Assembly (NCBI RefSeq): GCF_018977255.1
Contig: NW_024704743.1
Location: 43,402,001-43,466,000 of the forward strand
Reading direction: 5' to 3'
Source of the DNA: Callorhinchus milii
Taxonomy: Eukaryota
DNA: 64,000 nucleotides
Part shown: positions 24,531 to 37,657 of the stretch, one piece after another
Layout: each line of letters begins with the position of its first letter
How positions within the stretch are numbered: position 1 is the stretch's first letter
The notes under the pieces: model-generated
Database searches by the model: none
What the model saw: only the letters and a program-made list of their open reading frames with translations
What the model was told of the DNA's origin: nothing
Made by a program: the position numbers and the translations under genes

Positions 24531-26181
24531 TTACTGAATGCCCTGATTTACAGAATATAGATGCATTTGCTTATTCCCAGAACACTGAGAGAAAACCACA
24601 GGATGTGGAACACTTTTGTTGTAGATAATTCAAATGGAAGCTCTTGTAATGCACCTTTTTGTGAATTGAAGCAGTGATTACATTGCTATCCTACTTGATA
24701 CACTTCATCACAGAAGACTTACTCCTCGACGTCACCAGTTATTATTCAGGAAGTGTCCACGTCAAACAAAGTGAGTACTAGTTACCTTGCTTCATATGAA
24801 TCTATCTGCTGCACTCCAGAGCTCTGTATCTAAACCATCTAATCTCGATTTCTCTTAAGTATCTTTGAACCACAGAGGTAAACTAGTCCAGGAATATCAT
24901 TGTGGACTAGCAGATCCACTCCCCTGGGCATGTTATTCTACCTCTTCTGTTCCATCTGACTCAGCATCAGAGACAAAGTCAAAACAAAGTTGAATAAGTA
25001 TTCTCTCTATTCTAACAGTAAAAATCTCTTGACACGGAATTGAAAGGATCCAAAGCATCTGTATATGTTTTATTTGTGCATCTGTGGTTTGCAGAGAAAT
25101 ATAATATTGAATGTAACATGTAGAAGAGACATAGTGATTCATTTGTAATAAAATATCTCCAGATACCACCTGAACAAGCAGTGAGAACCTCTAGTTTAAT
25201 TACTGTTGTACTTTCTCTTTATATATGCCTGACAATTGAATAGCTAAAGAATACATAAGAAACATATTGTTCCCAATGAACAGAGGTCCACTGTTTCTTT
25301 TTATATGTTATAGTTTCAGCCCTAAGTGGGTAGAGACACAAGTGCAATGAGAAATTCTAAAATACATTTTTAAAAATGAGCAATGATGACAGGTTTGAAA
25401 TGTTATGATGAATATTATTTTAGCCAAAACAGAAAAAGACAGAATTGATCATAAGCTCTAATTGTCAGTGACATTTGAATTGATTTATTTCTGTTACAAG
25501 ACTTGCTTCTGCCATTATTGAGCTTTCCTATTAAGGATTGGAGCAAACAATACTCCAGAATGCTGATGAAATTATTACTTTTAATGAAGAAATAAAATAT
25601 TATCCTACAAAAGTCCTCATGAGATCCGATTATTGATGACTAGATATAATGAGGTGAGTAATATCCATGGTTTGTTTGCACCACCAAATCCCTATTGAAT
25701 CTTTAGCAACTACTTTTGAGTGTTGAATTCCTCCTTTTAATATGTGTGTTACATATTCATTTGTACAATACAGAAAATTGGAATCAAAAAAGCCTAGTGA
25801 CTCATTGTACATTGCCAAATAATTTAAGACTGTGCTATTCTCAGTGTCTCTGGGCAGCTCATACTTATTTTTTCCCCCAAATATGTCCTTATAGCACTGA
25901 AGCTGGCTCAGATCCCTGAATTATAGGTAAACTTAAATTAATATTTGCTTCTTTTGAAGAGGTTTTAGATTTTCTGTTCTTATTTCTCGTGTCTCAACAA
26001 GGTGATAAGGTGCTATATCAAATGTGAGGATTACTATTGTTATTAACCTGCATATTTGTACTATTTCAGTTCTACAAAGCAATACTGGTGTCGTAGTTTG
26101 TTTTACAGAACAAAACACATTAAAGGATAGTCCCCAGTGGTCGGTGTCCAGTGCACAAAAATTAGCATTAGCAACCTTATC

Positions 26182-26275
26182 TCATAAGAACATAAGCACA
26201 TAAGAATTTGTGAGGCGAAAGAAGAACAAGGTCCATCCAGTTCACCTTCCACCATCCTGGCAGTCGCTTGACACG
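26182..26275 (-). mobile_element. CR1-type 3' tail
   Basis: Minus strand GAACTGGATGGACCTTGTTCTTCTTTCG...(TTCTTATG)-type octamer repeats. Confidence 0.7.
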
Positions 26276-27669
26276 TCATGTCCAAAACTAAATATTTATC
26301 CCAAGATATTATTTTGTAACAGAAATCGATCGCTCCTCATAGCCCAGTCCCTTCATCCCCTCAATTATTTTGGTTGCAATTTACATTTATATCGTGCCAT
26401 TCACGTTAGCAGGACAGCTCAAAGAAGTTGAAAGAAGGAATAGACTGATTTCTAAACCAGTTGCACTGTTGTCAAAAATTAGGCTTACTTCATAATTCAG
26501 TCCCAGCACCAATAGTGTTTAAATTCCATTTATGACAGAGTGTGAGATTCACTTGTAGCTCATCTACCTTTCAGCATTTCCTACCTTAAATATGACAATA
26601 TTTGATTCCAGAAGTTGTATAAGATAAAATATCCCTGGCCTGGAAAGTTTAATGGTGCCTCGGTCAGCTCTGCTCAATGGCCCCTTCAAGTAGCTTTGGA
26701 CCCAAACATTTGCGTAGAGTTCAGATAGACATTGACAATATTGATTGTGAGGTTGACAGGAGTGGAAATTCACCTCTCAAGTCCTTTTCTCAAAAATGTT
26801 CAATTTATCATTTCATAGTTTCCACATGTGTCAGACACCTGGCTGAACCCCCCAAAATCACTTCAGTATTCAGCTATTTAACCCTTGAAAAATGAATGCT
26901 GCTGAAGGATTTAAAACCCATGTAAAACATGGACAACAACAATAATACGTTGTATTTATATCACGCCTTTCATGTTGGAAGGACATCCCAAGGTGCTGAA
27001 CACTGTTGTGAAGGTGGGAAAAAGCTGAATGGGTCAAGGCACTTGTGGATATGTGGTGTAAAGAACAATTTAGAATTGAACAACACACTGAGGTAGTGGG
27101 TTAGTAAAGTGCATCAGAATCATCAGCCCATGAATACGTCAATAACTGGCATTTGCCTTATATGGTTGGAAGATAAAACTGCAGCTGATTTAAAATATAT
27201 ATATATGTGTGTGAAGAATGTTAAAAGTAACCAAGTTTTCCATTATGCTGCTCCTGAAACCAAATTTGCCGATAGTAACCAGAACTGGCATTTACTGGCA
27301 ATAGTACATATCTTTAATATTGCTGTTGAATTGAATTGAGTTATTGGACTGCTTATTTCCACCTGGAGATGCCAGCACAATTGTTACTTTTATATAACTC
27401 CCATCGTGAAAAGAGAACAGAATTTTTCCCGGCTACCACGTTTGCCTGCAAAAATATACAGTCGCAACAGTTTATGGTAAAATCCTGTGAAAATTATTGA
27501 GACATTTTCCCACTGTGAAAGGCACTCTATGAAATGCAAGACTTATTAATGTTGTTATAAACATCAGAAGCTATGAACAGAAAACTTTAGTTTTCTTTTG
27601 TATAAATTGAGGTGCTGAATGAATGATCCACTGTGTTGGGGTTTATATAATTATATTTGTTTAATGTAA

Positions 27670-28330
27670 CAATCCCAAAATGTTTGAAATGAGCACAACG
27701 ACCCGTTCTGAACTATACGTATGATTTGCTCATGATCCAGCCGAACTACAGAAAAGCTGAAAGACAAGCACCTGCACAACTCAGTGAACGTTGTCAACTT
27801 GTTATCGTGCTTTGAAGCACGTCAATTTGTTTGTACAGTAATTCAAAAATGTAATTCCTCCCTGAACAACATTTTTGTACAAGTCATCATCTCGGAATAT
27901 TGATTTATACAGTAAAGAAACATGCATAGAAAAAGGTTGAAAGATGTTGGGGAGCTTGTTCTCCGCTTGTTGTGAAGTTACCGATCTTTGTGGTGCTTTC
28001 CCACTTAATGCCTAGTAGGTACCCACTCTGCCTTTATCTTGCTCAGAGTGAGAATGATGCACTGTCAGGGTCACACGTGAATTCTGGAGCTGGCCTTTTT
28101 CAGAATATTACAGTCAGCTCCACTTTGATTCTCATCTTTATCAATGGCCAGCTGATGTCATCGAAGCCGATGTTGCTTGCCTTGCCGAAGAATACAATGT
28201 TATATACACATTTGTTAGCTTTCAGTTTGTAACGCAGGCAGGAGCCAAATCAATTCAGACAGTAGGATGACAAGCGATCCATTTAGTACCGAGAAGTCCA
28301 AGTCAGTAACTGTCAAGAAGGATTGACTGT
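27670..28330 (+). pseudogene. Possible decayed hAT transposase C-terminal half
   Basis: QRPVL; LLSCFEARQFVCTVIQKCNSSLNNIF; KVERCWGACSP...PIFVVLSHLMPSRY (cf. RW...A..LDPRY); QLMSSKPMLLALPK (cf. the dimerization-domain P.L..LA). Confidence 0.35.
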
Positions 28331-28611
28331 GATGTTGCTTATTCACTTCTACTCTACAGGGAGTTGAAAACATTCAGTCACATCCAAATTCTGGAAAACA
28401 CAGTTGCAAACATGGCTGAAAAACTAGTGGAACCTCACTGATTACTGTTAATCAGGGTTCGACGAAACATATTTCCTCCCAATAATAATAATGGTAATAA
28501 ATCATCCTTACATTTGGTATAGCATCTTTTATGTCGAGAAGAGTTCTTAAAGCACATCACAGGATTTACTGCGAGGTGTAGTGACTGTGTGTCTTATTGG
28601 TGAACGGTTAT

Positions 28612-29378
28612 GGAGCCAATACGGAACCTTGGCATCCTGTTCGACCCTCACCGTCCTTCATTAACCCACATCTGTGCTATGACCCGCTCCACCTTTCCCC
28701 ACCTACACAACATTGGTCTGCTTCGCCACTGACTTTCACCATAGGATGGCGAGACTCTCATACACACGTACATCACATCCAGGCTCGATTATGCAAACTC
28801 CAGCTTGTTGGCCTCCCCAACTCCTCCCTCCACAGGCTGCAGATCATCTAGAACTTTGCAGCCCATTTCCTCTCGTGAACCAGGCTCCATGATCCTATCA
28901 CCCACATCCTTGCCCAACTCCAAGGCTTCCCATCAATTAGAAGATACAGTTGAAGATCCTGGTCCTCAACTTCAAAGCCTTCCACAGCCTTGCTCCTCTC
29001 TACCTCTGTGATCTATTAACCCCCTACCAACCTGTCCGCTTCCTCTGCTCAGTGGGCTAGGGCCTGCATCACGTTCCCCCGCCTTACCCACCCCACCATT
29101 GATGGGCAGGCCTTCAGCCTCTCTGCCCCCACCCTCTGGAACTCCATCCCACAGTCCCTCTGCCTCTCTCCCTCCCTTGCCTCATTCAACACCTGTCTCA
29201 AGATCCTCACCTTTGACTGTGCCTTTTGTCACCCTAATATCCCTACCCTCTTTGGCCTTCACCTTTCTGGTCCCAACCACCTGTCAGGTGTGGATCCCTG
29301 ACTGTCCAGTGCCTTGGGATGTCCTCCTTACATGAAAGGCGCTATACAAATGTCTTTGTTATTGTTGCTGTTGTTGTT
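28612..29378 (+). mobile_element. LINE-2 3' fragment
   Basis: RNLGILFDP...ITSRLDYANS...LHRLQII, followed by the 3' stem-loop and (TTG)n. Confidence 0.92.
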
Positions 29379-29977
29379 TTACAGGCTGCAGAACAAAACC
29401 CATCTCTTGTTGTTGGACCCAGCACAGCCCCAAACCATACATGCTGGTGAATTGGATCAGAATGACCAGACTCTATAAAGGAATCTACAGAACCAGAAAA
29501 AAGGGCATTATGGTGCCTGAGGACATCCTCCCTACGTGAAAGCTGTTGTATAATTGCAATTTGTTATTGTTGTTGTTATTGTCTGGAAATCCCAAATTAA
29601 AACTTGCCTCTTCGACCATGTCTATCACACTTCCCTCGCTTCCTTTCCCTTGCTCTATGTCTGACTCCTTCTTTGAACACCGCATCGAGAGTTTACCCTA
29701 TGTAATGCAAGTTGTTGTTCGATTGCTCTTTTAAATATCTGTAACCTCACATCATCAGACCCCGCTGCTGCCCCACAACTTTGAGAATGTTGCCATTTGG
29801 GGTATACTTCCCCAAGTTGGGACGTTCTCCCGACGTGAAAGATGCTTTACAAATGTAATTTTGTTGTTGTTGTTGTTGTACTTCCAGTCTATGTTACCTT
29901 GCCAAAATGTACCACCAGATATTTACCTACCTTGAACATATTTGTGGGATGTACTTGCACATATTTGTGGGATGAAC

Positions 29978-30021
29978 GTATGGGAGTACATCCACATTTA
30001 TCTGTGGATGTACTCCCATAC
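29978..30021. repeat. Perfect 19-bp inverted repeat with 6-nt loop inside a short minisatellite
   Basis: GTATGGGAGTACATCCACA-TTTATC-TGTGGATGTACTCCCATAC, preceded by two direct copies of ACATATTTGTGGGATG. Confidence 0.95.
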
Positions 30022-31579
30022 CTTCTGCCGTCTTCACAGCTTGAGTGCTCAGAGCTCTTGCCTCAATAAATTCTTAGAGGAACTAATTCCATTTACAAGA
30101 AAACCCTTGGCAAAAGGGATGATCAAAACTCCACCAAATTTTTTGCACTCTGCCCAAGCGCTGTCTAAGCGCTCTGAGATGTTGTCTGGCATGGAGGGCG
30201 CTATATAAATCCAAGTTGTTTTTTTTATACAATTTACTGGAGACTATGATCTCTTGACAAATTCTAACAATGATAATATGTTGTAGTAAAAATTAGTTTA
30301 ACATGAACATTTTACAAATAGAACCATTTTATTATATGCTGGTCCACCTCCAGAGAACATAGGCTGGGGATCAATAATCAGCTTTGGCTTGTCTTAGTTT
30401 TAAACAACGATGGTGAAAAAGTTGAATGATGTGCTGCAATTATTCGTTCAAATTAATTACCAGGTGTCAGTCTCTTTGTAAGATTCGTGCAATGCAACCA
30501 TGGGCATCAAGTCATAAAGCAATCTTTGGTTAGAGCCTTTTGTCTTGACAACATACATTATCTTTCTCAGTAGGTAACTCTTCAATAAATTTCAGCAAAT
30601 ATCACAGTGTTTGGTTACTTAATAGTGGTTTTAGATATGTTTGAATAGTTGTATTTTAATCAAAACAAAATCTAAGCATATATTTTTAAACTTATTACGT
30701 TTTCCATTCTAAGCAATTTATAAGCAATAAATGATCCTTCATGCTGGTAACTGATGCAGTCACTGCACTTTACAGTTTATCCTGTGAAACTCTTTATGAA
30801 GCATCCTCCCAACGTGAAAGGCGCTATGCCAAATGTGGCATTCCACTATATTTATTTCCTTGTGTCAGTTTTTGTGTGGCTCATCCACGTGATAACAGGA
30901 CCGGGAGATGTAGTCACACATCATATCTGATGGTGTCCCTTTGTATGAATAAATAAAATGGTATAAGGTGGTTTTGATGGTGGTGATTAATTTTCATTGG
31001 ATCGTTAGGATCTAACATGCACAGGTGGAGAAAAAGCATTGAGCTGCTCACAATAATAGGCCAGGGATAAAATGAATAAATCCAGCGTGAAACAAGCGGG
31101 CGTATAACAATGTATAGATACAGTGCATTTTGCTAAAAAAAAATTGGCTCCTTTGAAAATGCAGTTAAAGTGCTGATAGAGGTGTTGTTAAAAAGTCAAG
31201 GATGGCTTTTTGGCATTGGCAGCATGCCATGCATCCATCAAACTAGGCCAAGGTCTGCCAAGAGCTGACACATCATAGAGATCATCCATAAGCCTGGAGA
31301 AATGGGCAGACACATTATTTATGAGTGAAAAAAGTGCCAAGGTTAGTGTCATGATTTCTGTGCGCTATGGGATTATATTGTATGAATCCCATTATCCAGA
31401 ATTTTGCATCCTGTGTGTAACTGAGAAAAACACATTAAATATTGGACAATGTAGAATGGGAACAGCTGCAACACGTTGCTGGTACAGTTCTTGTATTGTA
31501 CTTATATATAATAATAATCCTTGCATATGCGGGCAAAACATAGCCACCAATTGCGAACAGCAGTGTCCCACAAACAGTT

Positions 31580-32402
31580 AACAACAGTAACAATTTACAT
31601 TTATAAAGTGCCCTTCATGCGGGGCAGTGTCCCGGAGTGCTTGACAGTGGTGGAGTTTGACCCTGAGCCAGCCGGAGAGGGAGGGGGGAGGTAACCGTAA
31701 GCACGATCAAAAAGGAAGGTCTTTGGGTGGGATTTGAAAATGGGGAGAAAGGGGGCAAGGTGGAGGGATTGTGGGAGGCAGTTCTAGAGCTTCGGGGTGT
31801 AGTGGCTGAAGGCACGACTGCCGATGGTGGAGTGGAGGGGGTGAGGGACAAACAGGAGGCCGGGGCCAGACGAGAGGAGGCAGCAGGTGGTGGAGTGGGG
31901 TGAGCAAATCGGATAGGTAGGAAGGTGAGAGGGCATGAAGGGATTTGAAAACGAGTGGGAGGATCTTGAAGTCAAGCCATTCAGTAATTGGGAGCCAGTG
32001 CAGCCTGGCGACGACTGGTGTGATGGGGGTCCGGATTTTTGTGCGGGTTATTATCTGGGTGGCGGCATTGTGAATTAATTGAATTTTGTGTATGGTGGAA
32101 CTGGGGAAACTGGCGAGCAGGGCAATTGAAAAGTCCAACTGGGAAGTGAGAACGAGGGCTTCAGCTGCTTTCGGTGTGAGGTACGGGCGGAGGTGGGTAA
32201 TGTGGCGGAGGTGGAAAAAAAGTAGCCTTGGTCAGGGAACAGATGTCGGGGTGAAAGGAAAGCTGTGGATCGGACCTGATGCCTAAATTGCTCACGGGTT
32301 CGGTGAGTCTGAGGAAGAGCCCGGGGAGGTTGAGGAACTTGAACCTGCAGGAAAGAAGACTTTGACCGGAGCCAAAGAGTATGGATTCCGTCTTGTCGAT
32401 GT
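31580..32402 (-). mobile_element. LINE-2 3' fragment (older family)
   Basis: [63 protein letters not shown]. Confidence 0.92.
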
Positions 32403-32615
32403 GAATTGAGTGACCAAATTATTATTTTTAAAAAAACATTTTTTTTGAAGGGATTATTATCCCGTAAAGCAATCCGTCAATCAACTGACAAGTAGGTTCC
32501 AATTTATGGCCTGGTAAACTGGCATGTGGAAACTTGCCTAATGATTTACCCTGCCCGGGAATCAAACCCAGGTCCTCTTTCTTGCGAGGTAAGTGCTCTA
32601 AACAATACACTACAA
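32403..32615 (-). mobile_element. tRNA-Ala-derived SINE, long class, 5' half
   Basis: Minus strand GAGCACTTACCTCGCAAG...GGCAAGTTTCCACATGCCAGTTTACCAGGCCATAAATTGGAACC. Confidence 0.8.
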
Positions 32616-32617
32616 AA

Positions 32618-32775
32618 TATGCCATTGATGCATTTAAGAGAAAACTTAACGCACACATGAGGGAGAAGGGAATACAGGAGTACAGGAGAGGGGAATAGGA
32701 AGGGAGAGTAGGGATAGGGGCTCTTGTGGAGTATAAACACCTGAGTGGACTAGTTGGCTGTAGCATTTGAAACAT
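32618..32775 (+). mobile_element. CR1 3' fragment
   Basis: IDAFKRKLNAHMREKGIQ, then GGCTCTTGTGGAGTATAAACACC. Confidence 0.78.
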
Positions 32776-33285
32776 TGTTATTATAGTTCCTACAAATGGG
32801 CTTCCCTGTACCAATTCAAAGCCCAAATGTGCAAACAATGCCCAGAAGAGGATGACAAGAGGAGGTCCTTTCGAGAAGAGAAAGCAGCTGAGCCCTTCTG
32901 CCCATGAGGACAAGATGTTGGATATCTCCGGACAGGAGGTGCTCTTGGGTTTTGGAGACATCAATGTTGGATTTCACTCTAGGCCCATGGTAATTAGAAA
33001 CGCCTGTACCCATGTGTGAAATTGTAAAGGCAACATTCTTGCTCAGCCATGTGTCAAACATGTTCTTATTAAACAAATGCAGCAATCAGAACTGGATTAC
33101 AAAGGGCATTATAAACAAAGGGAAATGTTTCCCGTGGATCACAATAATTATACGTACAGAATGTTCCTTATTAGCAGAAGCAGATGGATCAGTCCCAGCA
33201 TTTCAAGGGGAGGGGGAGGACTTGGAGACAGAAAGGAAAAGCACACTTTGAGTACCAAACATTCTAGCCAATCCTACCATCAGGT

Positions 33286-33595
33286 GTCAGCTTGGCTCAG
33301 TGGGCAACACTCTCGTCTCTGAGACAGACAGCTTTGGATTCAATCCCCACGCAATCTTTGACCTCACATTCCATGCTGACAATCGAATGCAGTGCTGGGA
33401 GAGCACTGCACGTTTGGTGGTGCTATTCTTTGGATGAGACATTAAACCAAGATCCCAACTGCCTGTTCAGGTGAACGTTAAACAACCCATGACATAATTT
33501 GGAAAGACAGAGTCACAATTTAAACAGTAAATTCCGTGATCTGCTATAATACATGTTCCCAGCATGAAAGGTGCTATATCAAATGCAAGGATCAA
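33286..33595 (+). mobile_element. DeuSINE, internally deleted
   Basis: GTCAGCTTGGCTCAGTGG head and GGATGAGACATTAAACCAAGATCCC...CAGGTGAACGTTAAACAACCCATGAC. Confidence 0.85.
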
Positions 33596-34163
33596 TCAAT
33601 CAGTCACCACAGCCAGGCACCAGTGCAGTGATAGCCTCCATGGCTGCCACAGCAGCACAGTAGTGAGAAATAGAAGTGTGGAAAAAAGATTAAGAGCTTG
33701 CTTTAGGCCCCTTTGAGAACAATTGTGGTGCTCAAAATTCAAACCTTGCTTCACACTGCGAATCTTCCATTGCTGGAAGCAATGTCAAGTCATCCTAGCA
33801 ACATGAATCAGTTATGAACAAAAACCTTCACAGATTCTTGATGCAGGAAATCTTAGAAAAACATAAGATTGCATGTGGAACAGTACGGAAGTCATTACGA
33901 TTAAGTTCTAGCATGTGCATGTTAGGTACAGGAAGCTAGACATTGCTCTTTGTCAAAATGAGCCAAATACAGAATTTGGAAAATAATCCTCGAGAAAATA
34001 TTTGAGGGGCTCTTTTCAGAACAAAGGGTGTTTTGAACTAAATCAAAATGCAAAACAAGGAACTGGTACAGTGAACGTGTGCTCTGGGATGCACTATTTC
34101 AACTCATGACACTGCATGAATAAACAGGAAACATATAAATCAAGGATATTAGTGTAGGATATT

Positions 34164-34483
34164 GGAGTCCTGTAGCTCAGTGGTTAGAGCACTCGCTTTG
34201 CAAGCGAGAGACCTGAGTTCAATTCCAGGCAGAGGGCGAAACCTTGGGCAAGTTTTCTTACTCCACACACAACCCTAATAATAATCCCTCCAAAAACAAT
34301 AATAAATTGGTCATTTTCAATCCACGACTGTTTGTGGGACATTGCTGTGCGCAATTGGCTGCCGCGTTCGCCCACAAATATACAGTCAATTCACTTTACA
34401 GTGTGTTCTGTGCAGTGCTTTGGGACGTCCTCCCGACGTGAAAAGCGCGATAGCAAATGCAAGGATTATTATTATTATTATTA
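34164..34483 (+). mobile_element. tRNA-Ala-derived SINE, short class, full length
   Basis: Complete head, body and (ATT)n tail. Confidence 0.95.
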
Positions 34484-34951
34484 TATAACTGTCAGAGCGC
34501 TCATGGCTTGATTAAAGAATTAAGATTTTTTTTGATCTCCCGTATCTGACACATGCAGAAACCTATTATCATGCTTACAAGTATCTAAACCAGACTAAGA
34601 ATTCCACATATGTATGCTGCCCATAAACGGAAATTTCCCTGTGACTGGAAGGGAATGTGCATTCTCTCCCTGGAGGGATGCACCCTGCTCATTGGAACAT
34701 CCTCCTGATGTGAAAAGCACTGTACAAATGTAATTTTTTATATTGTATTACTCACCTAGTTCCGAAAGTATTTGGCACAGGTTAGCAAGGCTTGTGTGCA
34801 TTGAGGTATTGCTGAAGTCTAACCAGCTAAAATTACATAGAATTGCTTTTGAAAGCACAAGATCTGGTTTGTTCAGCTCTTGTGGAAAATTAAACTGTTT
34901 TAAATATGGGAATAATTCACACATGTGGCAATGTGTTGTTGAACTAATAGA

Positions 34952-37484
34952 TTTATCTCTGACATTTCAACACTCCTCACATCTCTTTGCCTCTGCTCCG
35001 ATCGCCTCATCATCCTGGGCGACTTTAACCTACACTTCACCCCCTCCTGCTCCATCTCCACAGACTTCTCTTCCCTGCTCTCCTCACTCAACCTTTCCCT
35101 ACACATAAACTCCCCCACTCACAGTCACGGCCACCCACTCGATTTGGTGATCACCCGGGGCCTCAGTGTCTCGGATGTCACTATTACCGACAAGGCCATC
35201 TCCGACCACTACTTCATCTCCTTCACCACCTCCACCCCCTCCCCACCTCCACCAGACCCACCACCATCTTCTACCGCCCTTGGAAGAAGTTACCCCCACA
35301 ATCCCTAACCGATGCCTTGGAGTCCTCTGAACTCCTCTCCCTCTGGCCTTCAACCCTCACCGACCCCTCTTCTCCTCTCTCCCTCCTCCACAATATCCTC
35401 TCCTCCACACTCGATACTCTTGCCCCCATCACTTCCCGCACTGTCTCCTACTCCCGCTCCTCCCCCTGGTACACCACCCACCTCCGCTCACTGAAATGCC
35501 AGGTGCGGGCTGCTGAGCGCACCTTTGTCAAATCCGGCTTAACGGTCCACCGACAAATCTGGCTGGACCTCCTCAAAATTTACCGCTCCACTCTAGCCTC
35601 GGCCAAGTCGTCCTTCTACTCCAGGATAATCCTGGAGGCGAAGAACAACCCCAGGCTACTGTTTTCCACCACATCCCGACTCCTCCGTCCCCCCCGCCAC
35701 CCCGCGCAGGTCATCTCCTCCAACCTTCACTGCGAGGAGATGCTGGATTTCCTTGAATCCAAGATCAAGGGAATCCGCTCCGCGGTCACTTCCCCTCCAA
35801 CTTCCACCCACCACCCACCCCTTCCCTCCCACACTCCGACTCCTACCCATCCTCCCCTACACACCTTCGTACCCGTTTCCCCACCCTCTGTCACTGAACT
35901 CATCCTATCCCTAAAACCAACCACCTGCTCCCTTGACCCCATCCCCACTCCACTCCTTATCTCCCAGCTCCATTTTCTTGCCCACACATCACTGACATCA
36001 TAAACCTGTCCCTCTCCTCTGGCTCTGTCCCCATTCCATTAAAAACTGCCATCATCACGCCCACCCTGAAAAAACCCTCCCTTGATGCGTCGCAGCTATC
36101 AAGCTACCGGCCCATCTCCAACCTCCCCTTTCTCTCCAAGGTCTTGGAAAGAGTTGTCGCCTCCCAACTGCGCTCTTTCCTCTCCACCCATTCTCTTTTT
36201 GAACCCCTTCAGTCAGGTTTCCGTGCTGCTCATAGCACAGAAACTGCCCTGGTCAAGGTCACCAATGATATCCTGACCATCTGTGACCAGGGCTCCCTCT
36301 GTCTCCTCGTCCTCCTCGACCTATCGGCAGCATTCGATACGGTCGACCACGCTATCCTACTCCACCGCTTGTCCTCCCACCTCAACCTTCAAGGCACTGT
36401 CCTTGAATGGTTTAGGTCGTACCTTTCTCACCGTCTTCACTTCGTCTCAACGAATGGCTTCTCCTCCACCCCCCGTACTGTCTCATGTGGTGTCCCTCAG
36501 GGCTCTGTCCTCGGTCCCCTCCTCTTCACCCTCTATATGCTCCCCCTTGGTGACATCATCCGCAAACATGGGGTTAACTTCCACATGTATGCGGATGACA
36601 CCCAACTCTACCTTTCCTCCTCTACTCTCAACTCCACGACCACCGATGTCCTGACAGCCTGCCTGTCCGACATCGAGTCCTGGACGAGAGACAACTTTCT
36701 TCAGCTCAACGTGCAAAAAACCGAGGCCCTCCTGATTGGCTCACGTCAGCGCCTCCGCACCTCAGGCGCTGACACCATCAGCATCCAAGGCTGCACTCTC
36801 CACCTCTCAAAGCCAGTCAGGAACCTCGGCGTTTTGTTCGACCCTGAGCTGTCCTTTCTCCCTCACATCCGCACCACAACTGGCACCGCCTTCCATCACC
36901 TCCGGAATATCGCCAGATTACGGCACTACCTCACCCCTCACGCTGCTGAAACCCTGGTTCACGCCTTTGTCACCTCAAGGCTGGACTATGGGAACTCTCT
37001 CCTCGCCGGCCTTCCCGCCACCTCCCTCCACAAGCTGCAGGTCATTCAGAACTCTGCAGCTCGTGTACTGTCCCGCACCAGGCTTCGGGACCACATCACT
37101 CCCACCCTCGCTCGCCTCCACTGGCTCCCCATCCCCCAGAGGATTGATTTCAAGATCCTCATCCTCACCTACAAGGCCATTCACGGCCTTGCTCCCTCCT
37201 ACCTCTCCAACCTACTATCCCCCTACCTACCTGCCCGTACCCTCCGTTCCTCTGGCTCCGGTCTGCTCCACGTCCCCCGCCCCAACCGCCCTACTATCGG
37301 TGGTCGGGCCTTCAGCCTCTCAGCCCCGAGGCTCTGGAACTCCATCCCCCAGTGCCTTCGCCTTGCTTCCTCCCTTTCCTCCTTCAAGGCCGGTCTCAAA
37401 ACCTTTCTCTTTGACCGTGCCTTCAGCTCCCCTCTCGACTCTCTTCCTCCTCCTCGCTCCCTCCCTTCCCTCCCCTCACCCTGA
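34952..37484 (+). pseudogene. L2 ORF2 (APE endonuclease C-terminal half plus reverse transcriptase), two frameshifts
   Basis: ILGDFNLH, THSHGHPLDLV, ISDHY (APE); [54 protein letters not shown] (RT). Frameshifts at ~35240 and ~35982; no in-frame stops seen. Confidence 0.95.
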
Positions 37485-37616
37485 CCATTTCCCCCTCCTC
37501 TCTCCCTCCCTTCCCTCCCCTCACCCTGACCATTTCCCCCCTGCTCGGGTCATGACCCAACTGTGCAGCGCCTTGGGACGTCCTCCTGACGTGAAAGGCG
37601 CTCTATAAATGGAATC

Positions 37617-37657
<41 letters not shown>

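Larger units (their letters stand above)
31146..33640 (+). pseudogene. Harbinger Myb/SANT DNA-binding ORF fossil (exon 1 ~31146-31341, exon 2 ~32822-32989, acidic remnant ~33175-33640)
   Basis: FENAVKVLIEVLLKSQGWLFG...*AKVCQELTHHRDHP*AW...KSAK|gttagt; then PKCANNAQKRMTRGGPFEKRKQLSPSAHEDKMLDISGQEVLLGFGDINVG (cf. K.AHN.RE..TGGG....L...EE..L.I.G); then SPQPGTSA. Confidence 0.6.

Noticed and set aside
36736..37608. 290-aa Pro/Ser-rich ORF overlapping L2 ORF2
   Set aside because: It is an alternative frame of C-rich, stop-poor sequence, with no independent evidence.
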